Assembly (NCBI GenBank): GCA_041662625.1
Contig: JBAZSB010000001.1
Location: forward strand, 182,467-246,466
DNA from: Patescibacteria group bacterium
Lineage (GTDB): Bacteria > Patescibacteriota > Patescibacteriia > Buchananbacterales > UBA6539
Length of the DNA: 64,000 nt
Direction of reading: 5' to 3'
In this document: positions 9,459 through 19,071 of the stretch, in pieces
Numbering within the stretch: position 1 is the stretch's first letter
Layout: every line of letters starts with the position of its first letter
Notes under the pieces: generated by a model
What the model saw: only the letters and a program-made list of their open reading frames with translations
Database searches by the model: none
Told to the model about the DNA's origin: nothing
Position numbers and translations under genes: made by a program

Positions 9459-11756
9459 ATGAAAAAAGTCATTTTTCTCTCATTTTTTATCCTTGGCATT
9501 ACTGCCATAATTGCTCAATTAACCATCATTCGGGAGGCAGTGATTAGTTTTTATGGCAATGAGCTATTTATTGGTTTTGTTTTATCTTTTTGGCTAATTT
9601 GGGTAGCTTTAGGGAGTGGGGTTTTGGCTAAATTTTTTAAACCATCATTTTCTTCAAAAATTTTAGTTATTTGTCATTTCCTTATCCCCTTTTTATTTTT
9701 AGCCGAAGTAATCTTTCTTCGCTTGACTAGACATATTTTAGGCAGCTTGGGGCAAGTGCCTGATTTAATTTTAAGTCTTGGTTATCTTTTATTGATTAGC
9801 TCTTCTCTTTGTTTAATTTTAGGCTTACAGTTCACGGTTGCTAGTCGTTATTTAATCAATGTTGGTAATCAGGAGCCAAGTGGTTTTCGCCAGCTATTTA
9901 AGTGGCTGAAAGAAAAATTTTTTGGCCGCAAAACTACTAATATTGCTTATTTGGTCAGTCAGGGTTATTTTTATGAAACTTTGGGTTTGGTTATTGGTGG
10001 TTTGATCTACTTTTATATTCTTGTTTATTTTGATGCTATCAGTTTATTTTTTATTTTAGCCGTCATTAATTTGGTAATTTTAATTTTTTTAGTAAAATTG
10101 AAAATAACCAGAATAGTGGCCGCGAGTTTTTTGGTAATTATTATCGCCCTTTGGCTAATGCCTGGGTTTTCTTGGCAGTTGCAGCAGCTGACTAATAGTT
10201 GGCGGTTTGCCGGTCAAAAGTTATTAGAAACTAAAAGTTCAAAATTTGGTAATTTGGCGGTAACCAAGACTGGTGATCAGTATAATTTTTATGAGAGTGG
10301 TTTATTACTTGGTTCAACCCAAGATTGGTTTTCTAATGAAGATGTAATCCATCTCCCCTTACTTTATCATCCTGATCCTAAAAGGATTCTTTTGATTGGC
10401 GGCGGATTCAATGGTGCCCTTAACGAAATTTTAAAATATCCAGTCGACTCTATTGATTATTTGGAGTTAGATCCAGATTTAGTTACTGTAGTTAAGCCTT
10501 ATTTACCGCTTGAGATTTTAGCTGCTCAAAATGATAAACGGGTTAATTTTGTTTCTACTGACGGTTTATATTTTATCAAAACTACCAAACAAAATTTTGA
10601 TTTGGTAATTTTAGATTTACCTAACCCCACTACTGCCCTGTTGAATCGTTTCTATACCATAGAATTTTTTAGAGCAACTAAGCTAAAATTAGCCCCTGAA
10701 GGAATTCTGGCTATCAAATTAAATTCCTTGGAGAATTATTATCCTTTGGAATTAGAAAAAATAAATCAGTTAATTTATCAAAGTTTAAGCAAAGTTTATC
10801 CTTCAGTTATAGTTTTACCCGATGAAAAAAATCTATATTTAGCAAGCAGCATTAAACTTAATTATGATCCTTGGCCGTTATTAAATCGATTTAACCGTAA
10901 TCATTTGAAGAATCAACTGGTAACCAGAGATTATATCTATTATCGGTTGACTAATGATCGGGTGGCCCAAACGTTAGCCGACTTTGAGAATCTCAACGAA
11001 ATTAATGCTAATCAACAGCCAATTGGCTATTGGTACCAAAATTTATTTTGGCTTTCGGCCCATCATCCCCGCTTGGCCGGATTTTTAGGTCTTGTTAGTG
11101 ATATCAGTTTAACCAAAATAATTATCACTAGTTTTATTTTATTTTTTGCGGTTTTTTATATTCTTGATGTTTTGGTTAAAAGAAAAGAAAGAATTCTTGC
11201 CGCTTTGACCATTGTCCCAGATTTTTCTTTGCTGGGTGCTGAAATCATTTTTATTTTTCTTTTCCAGGCAATTCATGGTTATCTTTACTATCAGTTAAGT
11301 TTAATTTTTACCATAACTTTTTTAGGTATCGGTTTAGGAGTTTGGTTGGCAAATTTTTTAATTTCTTTGGGCAAAGTTAAATATGCTTATTTGATTCGCT
11401 TGTATTTCTGTATTAGCCTTTATTTTTTAATTTTGGCCCTTATTATTGTTTTTTCCCCTAAAGCGCTAGAGCTGCCTGTCTTTTTCTACTGGTTAGTTTT
11501 TGTAATTGGTTTTTTGGTTGGGATGGAATTCCCCTTGGCTAATAAATTTTATTTAAAGTTTAAACTTGACCCGGCCAAACAAACCAGTACAATCTATGGG
11601 GCAGATTTGATTGGTTCAAGTTTAGGCGCGATTTTTGCCAGTATTTTTCTTTTGCCAATTTTAGGCTTTATCCAAACTATTATTTTGTTAACCCTGCTTA
11701 ACTTTTTAGCCTTTATCGCTTTGTTTTTTCTGCGGCAGAATTTTGAAGAGGAATAA
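9459..11756 (+). CDS. Polytopic membrane protein with central spermidine-synthase-like SAM-binding domain
   Basis: N- and C-terminal TM bundles; ILLIGGG, YLELDP, DG..FI, FDLVILDLPNP, FYTIEFF. Confidence 0.8.
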   Translation: MKKVIFLSFFILGITAIIAQLTIIREAVISFYGNELFIGFVLSFWLIWVALGSGVLAKFFKPSFSSKILVICHFLIPFLFLAEVIFLRLTRHILGSLGQVPDLILSLGYLLLISSSLCLILGLQFTVASRYLINVGNQEPSGFRQLFKWLKEKFFGRKTTNIAYLVSQGYFYETLGLVIGGLIYFYILVYFDAISLFFILAVINLVILIFLVKLKITRIVAASFLVIIIALWLMPGFSWQLQQLTNSWRFAGQKLLETKSSKFGNLAVTKTGDQYNFYESGLLLGSTQDWFSNEDVIHLPLLYHPDPKRILLIGGGFNGALNEILKYPVDSIDYLELDPDLVTVVKPYLPLEILAAQNDKRVNFVSTDGLYFIKTTKQNFDLVILDLPNPTTALLNRFYTIEFFRATKLKLAPEGILAIKLNSLENYYPLELEKINQLIYQSLSKVYPSVIVLPDEKNLYLASSIKLNYDPWPLLNRFNRNHLKNQLVTRDYIYYRLTNDRVAQTLADFENLNEINANQQPIGYWYQNLFWLSAHHPRLAGFLGLVSDISLTKIIITSFILFFAVFYILDVLVKRKERILAALTIVPDFSLLGAEIIFIFLFQAIHGYLYYQLSLIFTITFLGIGLGVWLANFLISLGKVKYAYLIRLYFCISLYFLILALIIVFSPKALELPVFFYWLVFVIGFLVGMEFPLANKFYLKFKLDPAKQTSTIYGADLIGSSLGAIFASIFLLPILGFIQTIILLTLLNFLAFIALFFLRQNFEEE

Positions 11757-11962
11757 AATGCCCGAGTCCTATTATTTTTTTCGTAGATTATTGACAATTT
11801 GATTTTTTAGTTAATCCACAGCTTATTAAGATTAAAATTTGACAAGGGTTTTATTTTTTTTCTCTAAATTTTTATCTTTAAAAACCGGTGGATAACTTAT
11901 TTTAACCGGAATAGTGCCAAATTTTTATTGAGCACTTTTTTTATTCAGTTGACTTTATTTTT

Positions 11963-12403
11963 TCATCGCCGGGTATAAAGTCCGATTAATTCCGTTTGGT
12001 TGATAATGTGATCTTTTATTACTATTTCCAATTGTTGTTTGTCCGCATTTTGATCAAGATTAAGGTCGGTGTCTAAGGCGTATAATTTAAAGAAATAGCG
12101 GTGAGTGCCTTTTGGTGGACAAGGACCGCCGTAGCCGGGTTGGCCGAAGCTAGTCGTCCCTTCAACAGCACCAGATGGGACACTGTTTTCTGTAATTTCT
12201 TTGGTTTGTGGTTTAATATTCCAAACTAACCAATGAACCCAATCACCCGCTGCGGCATCTGGATCATCAACAATTAAAACCAAACTTTTGGTATCTTCAG
12301 GCATATCGGAAATTTCTAAGGGTGGATTAATGTCTTGACCATCACAGGTATATTGGACCGGGATTGCCTCGTTATTTTTAAAAGCTGGGCTATTTAGTTT
12401 CAT
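11963..12403 (-). CDS. YbhB/YbcL family (PEBP/Raf kinase inhibitor-like) protein
   Basis: YTCDG, DDPDA, WVHWLVWNI, YGGPCPP, HRYFFKLYALD. Confidence 0.93.
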   Translation of the reverse strand: MKLNSPAFKNNEAIPVQYTCDGQDINPPLEISDMPEDTKSLVLIVDDPDAAAGDWVHWLVWNIKPQTKEITENSVPSGAVEGTTSFGQPGYGGPCPPKGTHRYFFKLYALDTDLNLDQNADKQQLEIVIKDHIINQTELIGLYTRR

Positions 12404-12684
12404 CCCGTTAGAGATAGGAAGCGTTTTAAACGATTCCTTAAATATCGTTTACCCATACCTAATTTTAGATACTGTTCTCGGGCAAAAGAGTCTTTTTTGT
12501 TAAGACAGGCTTCGTAATATATTAAATCAAAATGGCCTCGACCTTTAGTAGCTGTAACTTCGTTATTATTATGTTGTTTAAAACGCTTCCGTAAATCCGA
12601 TGTGCAACCAGTATACCAACTTTTATTCTTTTTACTCTGTAATAAATATACATACCGCACATGTTTATCTCTAACGGGATTCAT
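12399..12684 (-). mobile_element. Putative minimal mobile element: GIY-YIG gene within 15-bp terminal inverted repeats and 5-bp direct repeats
   Basis: ATCCCGTTAGAGATA (12402-12416) and its exact reverse complement TATCTCTAACGGGAT (12666-12680); TTCAT at 12399-12403 and 12680-12684. Confidence 0.65.
12400..12684 (-). CDS. GIY-YIG nuclease (stand-alone, UPF0213/SLX1-like)
   Basis: YVYLLQS...WYTGCTSDLRKRFKQHN...LIYYE...AREQYLK. Confidence 0.9.
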   Translation of the reverse strand: MNPVRDKHVRYVYLLQSKKNKSWYTGCTSDLRKRFKQHNNNEVTATKGRGHFDLIYYEACLNKKDSFAREQYLKLGMGKRYLRNRLKRFLSLTG

Positions 12685-13279
12685 ATTGTTTTTCCCTTAA
12701 AAATTTTTTAAGTTTAACAAAAGCCTGAGCGCGGTGACTTAAAAGATTTTTTTGTTCCACGGGAATTTCGGCAAAAGTTTTATTAAGACCTTGGGGAATA
12801 AAAATTAAGTCATAAGGCAAGTTTTTGCGCGGTGTCCCCTTGGGTTCCAAGGTAATTTGGCCATTAATTTTGCCTTCAAAAGTCCAGGTTCGGCCATCGG
12901 GTGCTACTAAAGCCGCTATTGTTTCGAAATAAGCTTGGCGTTGACCAAGTGGTACATCTTTCATCTTTTTTAAGGTGAACTCGATGATTTTTTCCGCTTT
13001 GGCTTTTTTACCGGCCCAGCGGGCACTCATGATGCCGGGTTTACCAGCTAAAGCCTCAATAAAAATACCACTGTCATCGGCTAAAGCCCATTCCCCTGTC
13101 TTCTTACTAACCTCCCGGGCCTTTTTTAAAGAATTTTCTGTCAAGGTTTGGCCGTCTTCTTCAATCTCTTCGGTGATCCCGGCTTGCTCAATACTTAAAA
13201 CTTCGATTTCTAAGTCTTTTAGAATCGCTTTAATTTCTTTAATCTTTCCTTGGTTGGTGGTGGCAAATATTATTTTCAT
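12671..13279 (-). CDS. rdgB: Non-canonical purine NTP pyrophosphatase (Ham1/RdgB)
   Basis: FATTNQGK, ALADDSG, PGIMSARWAG, KNLLSHRAQA. Confidence 0.92.
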   Translation of the reverse strand: MKIIFATTNQGKIKEIKAILKDLEIEVLSIEQAGITEEIEEDGQTLTENSLKKAREVSKKTGEWALADDSGIFIEALAGKPGIMSARWAGKKAKAEKIIEFTLKKMKDVPLGQRQAYFETIAALVAPDGRTWTFEGKINGQITLEPKGTPRKNLPYDLIFIPQGLNKTFAEIPVEQKNLLSHRAQAFVKLKKFLREKQYESR

Positions 13280-13347
13280 ATTTAAAAATTAAGGTTAGAA
13301 TTTATTTTTTTAATCCTTGACTCTCTTTTATTATATCACATTTAACA

Positions 13348-13373
13348 AAAAACTCCGCAAGGGCGGAGTTTTT
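13348..13373. terminator. Rho-independent terminator (potentially bidirectional)
   Basis: aaaaaCTCCGC-aagg-GCGGAGttttt downstream of the SPFH ORF. Confidence 0.7.
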
Positions 13374-13393
13374 ATAATTAACTTTATAATTTT

Positions 13394-13954
13394 TTAGCAA
13401 ACTTCTTTCAATAAGACATTTTCAACAAAAATCCCGCGGGGATAAAGAATTCTTTCCAGTTCTTGTCGGGCATTGATTTCAAATTCTGCTCTTTTGGTGG
13501 CGCAGATTTCTTTCAGTTCATATTTGGCGCTAATCATCCTAACGCGGCTTTGGATGGTCGGCCGGACGATTTTTTCCACAAAATTTTGACCGATACTTTG
13601 CCAAATTTCCGGAATTTGTTCTGGATCGAGGCGGAGTAAAATAGTACCCTCAATGGTAATTTTTTTCCCGTCCTGGGTAGTGGCGTTAATCGGCTGATCT
13701 CCGAGTAATTCTGGTTTATCCGGATTATATCTTTTACCAATATCATATTCCAAAGTCTGGGTGTTAAAAAGTGTAGCTTTTTGCCAGAAAGGAATTTTTA
13801 AATGGAGTCCTGGTTTATAGATTTTTTTTAAGACTCCCCGGCCCAAGTCATAAACCGCCGCTACATAACCGGGTGGAACATGAATAAAAAATCCTTTTAA
13901 TACATCTTCGACGACGAAGGAATACATTAATTTGTCTAAGCCTTCTTCGGCCAT
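13394..13954 (-). CDS. SPFH/Band 7 (prohibitin-like) domain protein, short form
   Basis: VPPGYVAAV, PGLHLKIPFWQ, TQDG, IVRPTIQSRVR, GIFVENVLL; ends at the SPFH domain boundary. Confidence 0.8.
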   Translation of the reverse strand: MAEEGLDKLMYSFVVEDVLKGFFIHVPPGYVAAVYDLGRGVLKKIYKPGLHLKIPFWQKATLFNTQTLEYDIGKRYNPDKPELLGDQPINATTQDGKKITIEGTILLRLDPEQIPEIWQSIGQNFVEKIVRPTIQSRVRMISAKYELKEICATKRAEFEINARQELERILYPRGIFVENVLLKEVC

Positions 13955-13965
13955 ATTTTTTGTGA

Positions 13966-14682
13966 TTAAGTCTTTTGTTTAGCCTTATTTATACTTATTC
14001 TTATTAAACCTGTAATTATTGATATTATAGAGGAAAATATTAACGATGTCAAAATGAAAATTGATTTAACTGAGGGTAGAATCGCCAAAATTAAGAAAAC
14101 TGAGGCAGGAAATAATAAGCTGTAGATTTGTTCCTTTTTTGAGGTTTCACCCCGTCGTTCCCAGAAATTGATTGCAATATGGCCAAAAAGATAACCGGCG
14201 ACAATCGCTGGCATTATTAAGTTTCTTTCTGAAATATCAAACCATAAAAATTTGGTATTGATAAAATCTGGCCGGGGAATCCCAGGGTATAAAAGATGAA
14301 GTTTTGCTTCAGTGTTGATGCCGCCCATGAAAACTCGATATAAAAGAACTAAGACTAAACCCTGGACTCCTAAAACTACGGCTTTGGCCCAAGGTCGAAT
14401 TTTTTTCTTTTTTAAAAGTTGGCGGACCATTAGTTTTTGTTGGACCGGATCACTAGCAAAATCTTTTTTAATTTGTTTTATTTCCTGTCTTAATTTAAGG
14501 CTAATGAGTTTCCCCCGTTCGCTGAGGATGGTAAAAGGCAGAAGAGCAATCCGTAGAATAATAGTCAGAATAACAACAGCGACGCCTAAATTATACCAAG
14601 AGTGATTTAGGTAGAGCCAAACCAGAAAATTAAAAAGCGGAAGATAGAGGTATTGTTGCCAAATAAGGCTGAGTATTTCCAT
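13966..14682 (-). CDS. YidC/Oxa1 family membrane insertase-like protein
   Basis: LYLPLFNFLV, LGVAVVILTIILRIALLP, coiled-coil hairpin, NTKFLWFDIS; divergent C-terminal half. Confidence 0.75.
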   Translation of the reverse strand: MEILSLIWQQYLYLPLFNFLVWLYLNHSWYNLGVAVVILTIILRIALLPFTILSERGKLISLKLRQEIKQIKKDFASDPVQQKLMVRQLLKKKKIRPWAKAVVLGVQGLVLVLLYRVFMGGINTEAKLHLLYPGIPRPDFINTKFLWFDISERNLIMPAIVAGYLFGHIAINFWERRGETSKKEQIYSLLFPASVFLILAILPSVKSIFILTSLIFSSIISIITGLIRISINKAKQKT

Positions 14683-14725
14683 AATTTAATTTGGATATTT
14701 TTAAGCTGGGCATCTCGCCGCAAAC

Positions 14726-14796
14726 CTCGGGGACCAGGATTCGGACCTGGATAAACGGGACCAAAACCCGTTGTCCTGCCATTAGACGATCCCCGA
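14726..14796 (-). tRNA. tRNA-Gln (TTG)
   Basis: TCGGGGATCGTCTAATGGCAGGACAACGGGTTTTGGTCCCGTTTATCCAGGTCCGAATCCTGGTCCCCGAG cloverleaf; T-loop TCCGAAT; no encoded CCA. Confidence 0.9.
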
Positions 14797-14946
14797 GGTT
14801 TGCGGCGGGGCAAGCTAAATCAATTGTTCGACCCTCTCCCGACGCCACTTCGGGTTTAAATGATCCCTGAATACTTGTTTATTTAAGCTTATTTTACAGC
14901 CCTTTACCTTAATAAAAAAAAGGAAATTTGTCAATAAGTAAAATTA

Positions 14947-15864
14947 CTAAACTTTAAGATATCTTCTGATTGCGATACTACTACTTACCATATTAAGAAA
15001 GATAACTATTAAAAGCTCAAGGCCAAAAATTTGCCAAAAGTTTTTATTAAAATGTTCAATTAGATTAAATTCATCAGATAGAAAGAATTGGTTTAAGTGA
15101 GGTTGGATGAGATTAAGTAGCGGATAAACAATTGCAATTGAAACTACGCAGGCGATAACTCCATAAAAAATTGCTTCCAAAAGAAAGGGACTGCGGATAA
15201 ACCAATTAGTTGCTCCGACTAATTTCATGACGCCAATTTCTTGACGATGCGTATAAATAGCGACCCGAATTGTATTGAAGACGATCAATAAAGCAATAAG
15301 AATAAAAATTCCCGAAGCAAAAAACCCTATCCGTTTGATATTATCGGAAAGATTTTTGATTTTACTGATGTAGGCCTGGTGATCGTCAAAATTTTTATCT
15401 AAGATTAAGTCGTTATATTTTGAATTATTCAAAACATCCATAATCGCCGGATAGTCTTCAATATTTTTGGCTTTAATTTGAAGGGTTGCGCCAATAGGAT
15501 TTTGCTCCAGCTCTTCTAAAGATTCAATGATTACTGAGTCCTGCCGGTGGAGTTGGCGGAATTTTTCCAAAGCTTCTTGCTGGGAAATATAGTTGATCTC
15601 TTTTACCTGGGTTAAAGAGGAGAGATAGGTTTTGACCTCTAAAACTTGGGGTTCGACAACATCAGGCTTGAAGTAGAGGCTAACGTCGACTTTATTTTTA
15701 ATTATGTCAGTAGCGGCATTACTGATGATGTTGACCACAATTAAAAAATTAATCGAAATAAAAGTCAAAACAATAATAGTAATCGTAACAACGGAAAGCC
15801 AGATATTTCGCCAAAAGCTTTGCCAGGCAAAAACGAAAATACGATAGATTGAAGCTAGAACCAT
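14947..15864 (-). CDS. ftsX: Cell division permease FtsX
   Basis: 4-TM layout, NTIRVAIY, EIGVMKLVGATNWFIRSPFLLE; adjacent to ftsE. Confidence 0.93.
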   Translation of the reverse strand: MVLASIYRIFVFAWQSFWRNIWLSVVTITIIVLTFISINFLIVVNIISNAATDIIKNKVDVSLYFKPDVVEPQVLEVKTYLSSLTQVKEINYISQQEALEKFRQLHRQDSVIIESLEELEQNPIGATLQIKAKNIEDYPAIMDVLNNSKYNDLILDKNFDDHQAYISKIKNLSDNIKRIGFFASGIFILIALLIVFNTIRVAIYTHRQEIGVMKLVGATNWFIRSPFLLEAIFYGVIACVVSIAIVYPLLNLIQPHLNQFFLSDEFNLIEHFNKNFWQIFGLELLIVIFLNMVSSSIAIRRYLKV

Positions 15865-15904
15865 ATTTTTAGCAAAATTTTAAACCAGGGATGGCTGGGA
15901 AAAA

Positions 15905-16585
15905 TTAAAGTAAATATTTACCGATTTTTTGGTCGGAAATAATCGTGCCATTATCCAAAGTGACCACGCGCTTATTAATTGAATTAACCACTTCTCGGTT
16001 ATGAGTAACTAAAACCACAGTTGTTCCAAATTCGTTAATTTTTAGTAGCAAGTCAACAATTTCTTTCGTGTTGATTGAATCAAGGTTGCCGGTCGGCTCA
16101 TCGGCGACTAGAATTTTTGGCCGATGAACTAATGATCGGGCAATCGCCACTCTTTGAGCTTCGCCGCCGGAAAGTTGAATTGGGTAGCGGTCTTCTTTGC
16201 CTGTTAAGCCGACAATTTTTAAGACTTGGGGGATAATTTCTTTACATTTTTGAGTATTGGTGCCACAAACCTCTAAAGCAAAGGCGATGTTTTCAAATAC
16301 GGTTTTTTTCGCTAACAATTTGAAATCCTGAAAAACCACGCCGATTTGCCGGCGCAAAATCGGAACTTCACTTGATTTAATTTCAGTTACATCCCAGCCG
16401 CCGACAATCATCCGGCCTTTGGTTGGTTTTTCTTCAGCAATTAAGACTTTAACTAAAGTAGTCTTCCCTGTGCCACTGCGGCCGACAATTGAGACAAATT
16501 CTTTTGGCTTGATATGCAGATTGACATTCTTTAATGCCGTAACATCAGGGGGATAAATTTTAGTAATATTTTTGAAAATTATCAT
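15905..16585 (-). CDS. ftsE: Cell division ATP-binding protein FtsE
   Basis: GRSGTGKT, LRRQIGVVFQDFKLL, LSGGE, ADEPTGNLD. Confidence 0.93.
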   Translation of the reverse strand: MIIFKNITKIYPPDVTALKNVNLHIKPKEFVSIVGRSGTGKTTLVKVLIAEEKPTKGRMIVGGWDVTEIKSSEVPILRRQIGVVFQDFKLLAKKTVFENIAFALEVCGTNTQKCKEIIPQVLKIVGLTGKEDRYPIQLSGGEAQRVAIARSLVHRPKILVADEPTGNLDSINTKEIVDLLLKINEFGTTVVLVTHNREVVNSINKRVVTLDNGTIISDQKIGKYLL

Positions 16586-16643
16586 TATTTTTTTGGGACT
16601 TTTATTATTTTTAAAATTTGTTTATAATGCTTTAGTAAGTTAG

Positions 16644-16715
16644 GCGGGTGTCGTATAACGGCTATTATATCAGCTTCCCAAGCTGAGGACGGCGGTTCGA
16701 CTCCGCTCACCCGCT
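16644..16715 (+). tRNA. tRNA-Gly (CCC)
   Basis: GCGGGTG/CACCCGC acceptor stem, TCAGC-TTCCCAA-GCTGA anticodon arm, GTTCGA T-loop. Confidence 0.93.
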
Positions 16716-16763
16716 CAGGATAATTAAAGCAGTCATTACTTTACTTTTCCCCTGCCTTCTTTA

Positions 16764-16839
16764 GCCGATGTAGCTCAGCTGGTAGAGCAACGCACTCGTA
16801 ACGCGTAGGTCGCCGGTTCAAGCCCGGCCATCGGCTCCA
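16764..16839 (+). tRNA. tRNA-Thr (CGT)
   Basis: GCCGATG/CATCGGC acceptor stem, CTCGTAA anticodon loop, GTTCAA T-loop, encoded CCA. Confidence 0.93.
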
Positions 16840-16858
16840 GAAGATGCTGGATGAGTGA

Positions 16859-17986
16859 TTACAGTCTGACAAATTGCCAAATTTTGCTTTTTTGCTTAAA
16901 TTCCGCCAGGTAACTATCCAGATCCTGGCTACGAATTAAAATATGTCTTGCCCTGATTTGGGTTATTTCACCATTTTCATCGGCCAATTGTTCCTCCACC
17001 TTTATTATGTGATAACCAAATTGGGTTTTAACTAGTTCACTGGTTTCACCTGGCTTTAAACTAAATGCCGCTTGCTCAAATTCAGGTAGCATCTGGCCTT
17101 TGCCAAAATAACCTAAGTCACCACCCGATATTGCCGTGATATCCTCACTATATTGCTTGGCCAACTCAGCAAATGATTGGCCAGTTTTTAATTTGGTTAA
17201 AATTTCCTCTGCCTTTTTTCTAGCCTCTTGATTAATTCGATCATCTAAAGTAACAGCGATGCTCAATTTGTTTTTCAGCACCAAAGGTTCCAGAATTTCT
17301 TTTTGGAATTGATCAAGGGTCCAATTATATAATTTTTTTAACTGCTGAGTTAATGATTCTTGGCTGCCAATTTCGCTGACTAATTTTTGAGTTCTTTCGT
17401 TTATTTCTGTTTGGGTGACAGTCACATTATATTTGTAAGCTAGTTGATTAAGTAACTCTTGCTCAATTATTCGATCTAAAATATGTTTTTGGGTTTCTTC
17501 TAAACTAGGAATTGGTAAATCTGAATTATCATTTTTTTGTTGGTTATAAAAATTTCTCAACGTTTTAACTTGTTGTTGCCAAGTGTAATAAGAGATGGGT
17601 TGATAATTAACAATGACGGCCGGATAAGGAATAATTTTAGTAATATATTCAACAATGGGGTTTTGCCATTTAAATTGATAGAGACCAGCGCCAAAAAGGA
17701 TTAAAACTAAAAAGCAGATAATTATTAACAAGGCAAAAATTTTTAAAAGCTTGCCCTTTTGGTTTCCTTTTCTTCTAGCAATTATTTTTGGCTTTACGGC
17801 AGCCTCTTTGGGTTTTTCCGTTTTAGATTTAGTCGGTTTGTCAGAGATTGGTTTAGGTTTTTGCTCAATTTTTTTTGGTTTGGTTTCGACTCTAACTTCT
17901 TTTTTTGCTTCTATCCATTTTAAAACCACGTCTCTTAGCCTTGTAATTTCCGGATCATCAATTTTGTTTGGTTGCGGGTTATTCAT
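16859..17986 (-). CDS. PrsA/SurA-like foldase (TM + SurA-N + parvulin)
   Basis: [40 protein letters not shown]. Confidence 0.88.
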   Translation of the reverse strand: MNNPQPNKIDDPEITRLRDVVLKWIEAKKEVRVETKPKKIEQKPKPISDKPTKSKTEKPKEAAVKPKIIARRKGNQKGKLLKIFALLIIICFLVLILFGAGLYQFKWQNPIVEYITKIIPYPAVIVNYQPISYYTWQQQVKTLRNFYNQQKNDNSDLPIPSLEETQKHILDRIIEQELLNQLAYKYNVTVTQTEINERTQKLVSEIGSQESLTQQLKKLYNWTLDQFQKEILEPLVLKNKLSIAVTLDDRINQEARKKAEEILTKLKTGQSFAELAKQYSEDITAISGGDLGYFGKGQMLPEFEQAAFSLKPGETSELVKTQFGYHIIKVEEQLADENGEITQIRARHILIRSQDLDSYLAEFKQKSKIWQFVRL

Positions 17987-17994
17987 ATTTTTTA

Positions 17995-18399
17995 TTATTC
18001 AAAAAAATATTTCCACCATTTTTGTACATTAGAACTATTTTTATTTTCATTATTTAATGCCAGATTAGATTCAGCTTGATTTATATTATCCTGGTTGGTC
18101 GTTTCGGTAACTACTACTACTTTTTCCCCTTCTTTTTTCAGACCAAGATCTAGCCTCGCTTTTTCTTCAATATAGGCGCTTGAATTGAAATATTTAATTA
18201 ATTCTTTTAATTTAGAATTGCCTTCTTCTAGAGTTTTAATGTCTTTTTCTAACACGGCGACTTCTTGGTCAATCTGAGAGTTTTGTCGCCAACTTTTAAC
18301 TAAATTTATAGCAAAAAAAATCAAAACTATTATCAAAACTAGTAAAACAAGCTTGCCTTTGCCCCTGACTTTGCTTTTTGTGTTGGCTGGAAATTTCAT
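17995..18399 (-). CDS. FtsB/DivIC septum formation initiator family
   Basis: TM plus coiled coil, [20 protein letters not shown]. Confidence 0.85.
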   Translation of the reverse strand: MKFPANTKSKVRGKGKLVLLVLIIVLIFFAINLVKSWRQNSQIDQEVAVLEKDIKTLEEGNSKLKELIKYFNSSAYIEEKARLDLGLKKEGEKVVVVTETTNQDNINQAESNLALNNENKNSSNVQKWWKYFFE

Positions 18400-18432
18400 T
18401 AGCAGTTTTATATTTGAATTATATCATTTTTT

Positions 18433-19071
18433 TTAATCCTCTTCAACTCTTCTTTCCTCAGTTTGGCCAATAATTTCATTGAATTTTTCTTCACCAATGC
18501 CAGCTTTGATTTTTTTGACTAAAGCAACCAGCTCTTGGGCTGAAAGTTTGGTTGAATCAAGCTTTTCCTTAAGGGTATCAGCCCTTAATTGCAAGATTAA
18601 TTGCTGGAGTTTATGAGGCTGAGCGACATTTTTAATTTCAATTTTAGTCTTAGAATCGGGTAAGACAATTGAGATATTGCCAGTTTTAGCTAAAGTTTGC
18701 CAAATTCCCTGGGTTTGGTAAAAGATATCCTGAATTTTAGTCAAAGGAATGTCTGAAACAGTCTTTTGGAACATTCCCTTCTGGTCAACGTCAATAATTC
18801 GTTGATTAGTGATGATAAAAGTCTGGAAATACCAGACAATCAAAGCGCGAGTAAGCCATAGAATGCCAACCAAAAGGATGACAGAGAATATGGCTATCCC
18901 AAAGTTGCCCCAAGAGAATAAAAGGTAGAGGAAGAAAAATGGTAAAATAATCAAAATAATTGGTAGTGACAACGAGCTTGTCAGCTTAAGAATTGACTGC
19001 CTGATAATTTTAATGATAATTTCATCCTCATTTAAGATTAAGTTTTTGTAGATTGGTTTATTGTTGGCCAT
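18433..19071 (-). CDS. Membrane protein with bacterial PH domain
   Basis: 2 TM then IITNQRIIDVDQKGMF...IPLTKIQDI. Confidence 0.78.
   Translation of the reverse strand: MANNKPIYKNLILNEDEIIIKIIRQSILKLTSSLSLPIILIILPFFFLYLLFSWGNFGIAIFSVILLVGILWLTRALIVWYFQTFIITNQRIIDVDQKGMFQKTVSDIPLTKIQDIFYQTQGIWQTLAKTGNISIVLPDSKTKIEIKNVAQPHKLQQLILQLRADTLKEKLDSTKLSAQELVALVKKIKAGIGEEKFNEIIGQTEERRVEED

Noticed and set aside
11811-11897. DnaA-box-like 9-mers (also 27220-27250 upstream of dnaB) suggesting oriC
   Set aside because: Only two imperfect boxes at each site, no dnaA and no switch in gene orientation.
14826-14847. GTTCGACCCTCTCCCGACGCCA resembles a tRNA 3' end or att site
   Set aside because: No 5' T-stem or rest of the cloverleaf, and no integrase nearby.
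14607-14848. ORFs of 68 and 72 aa
   Set aside because: They overlap tRNA-Gln and the yidC-like start; shadow ORFs.
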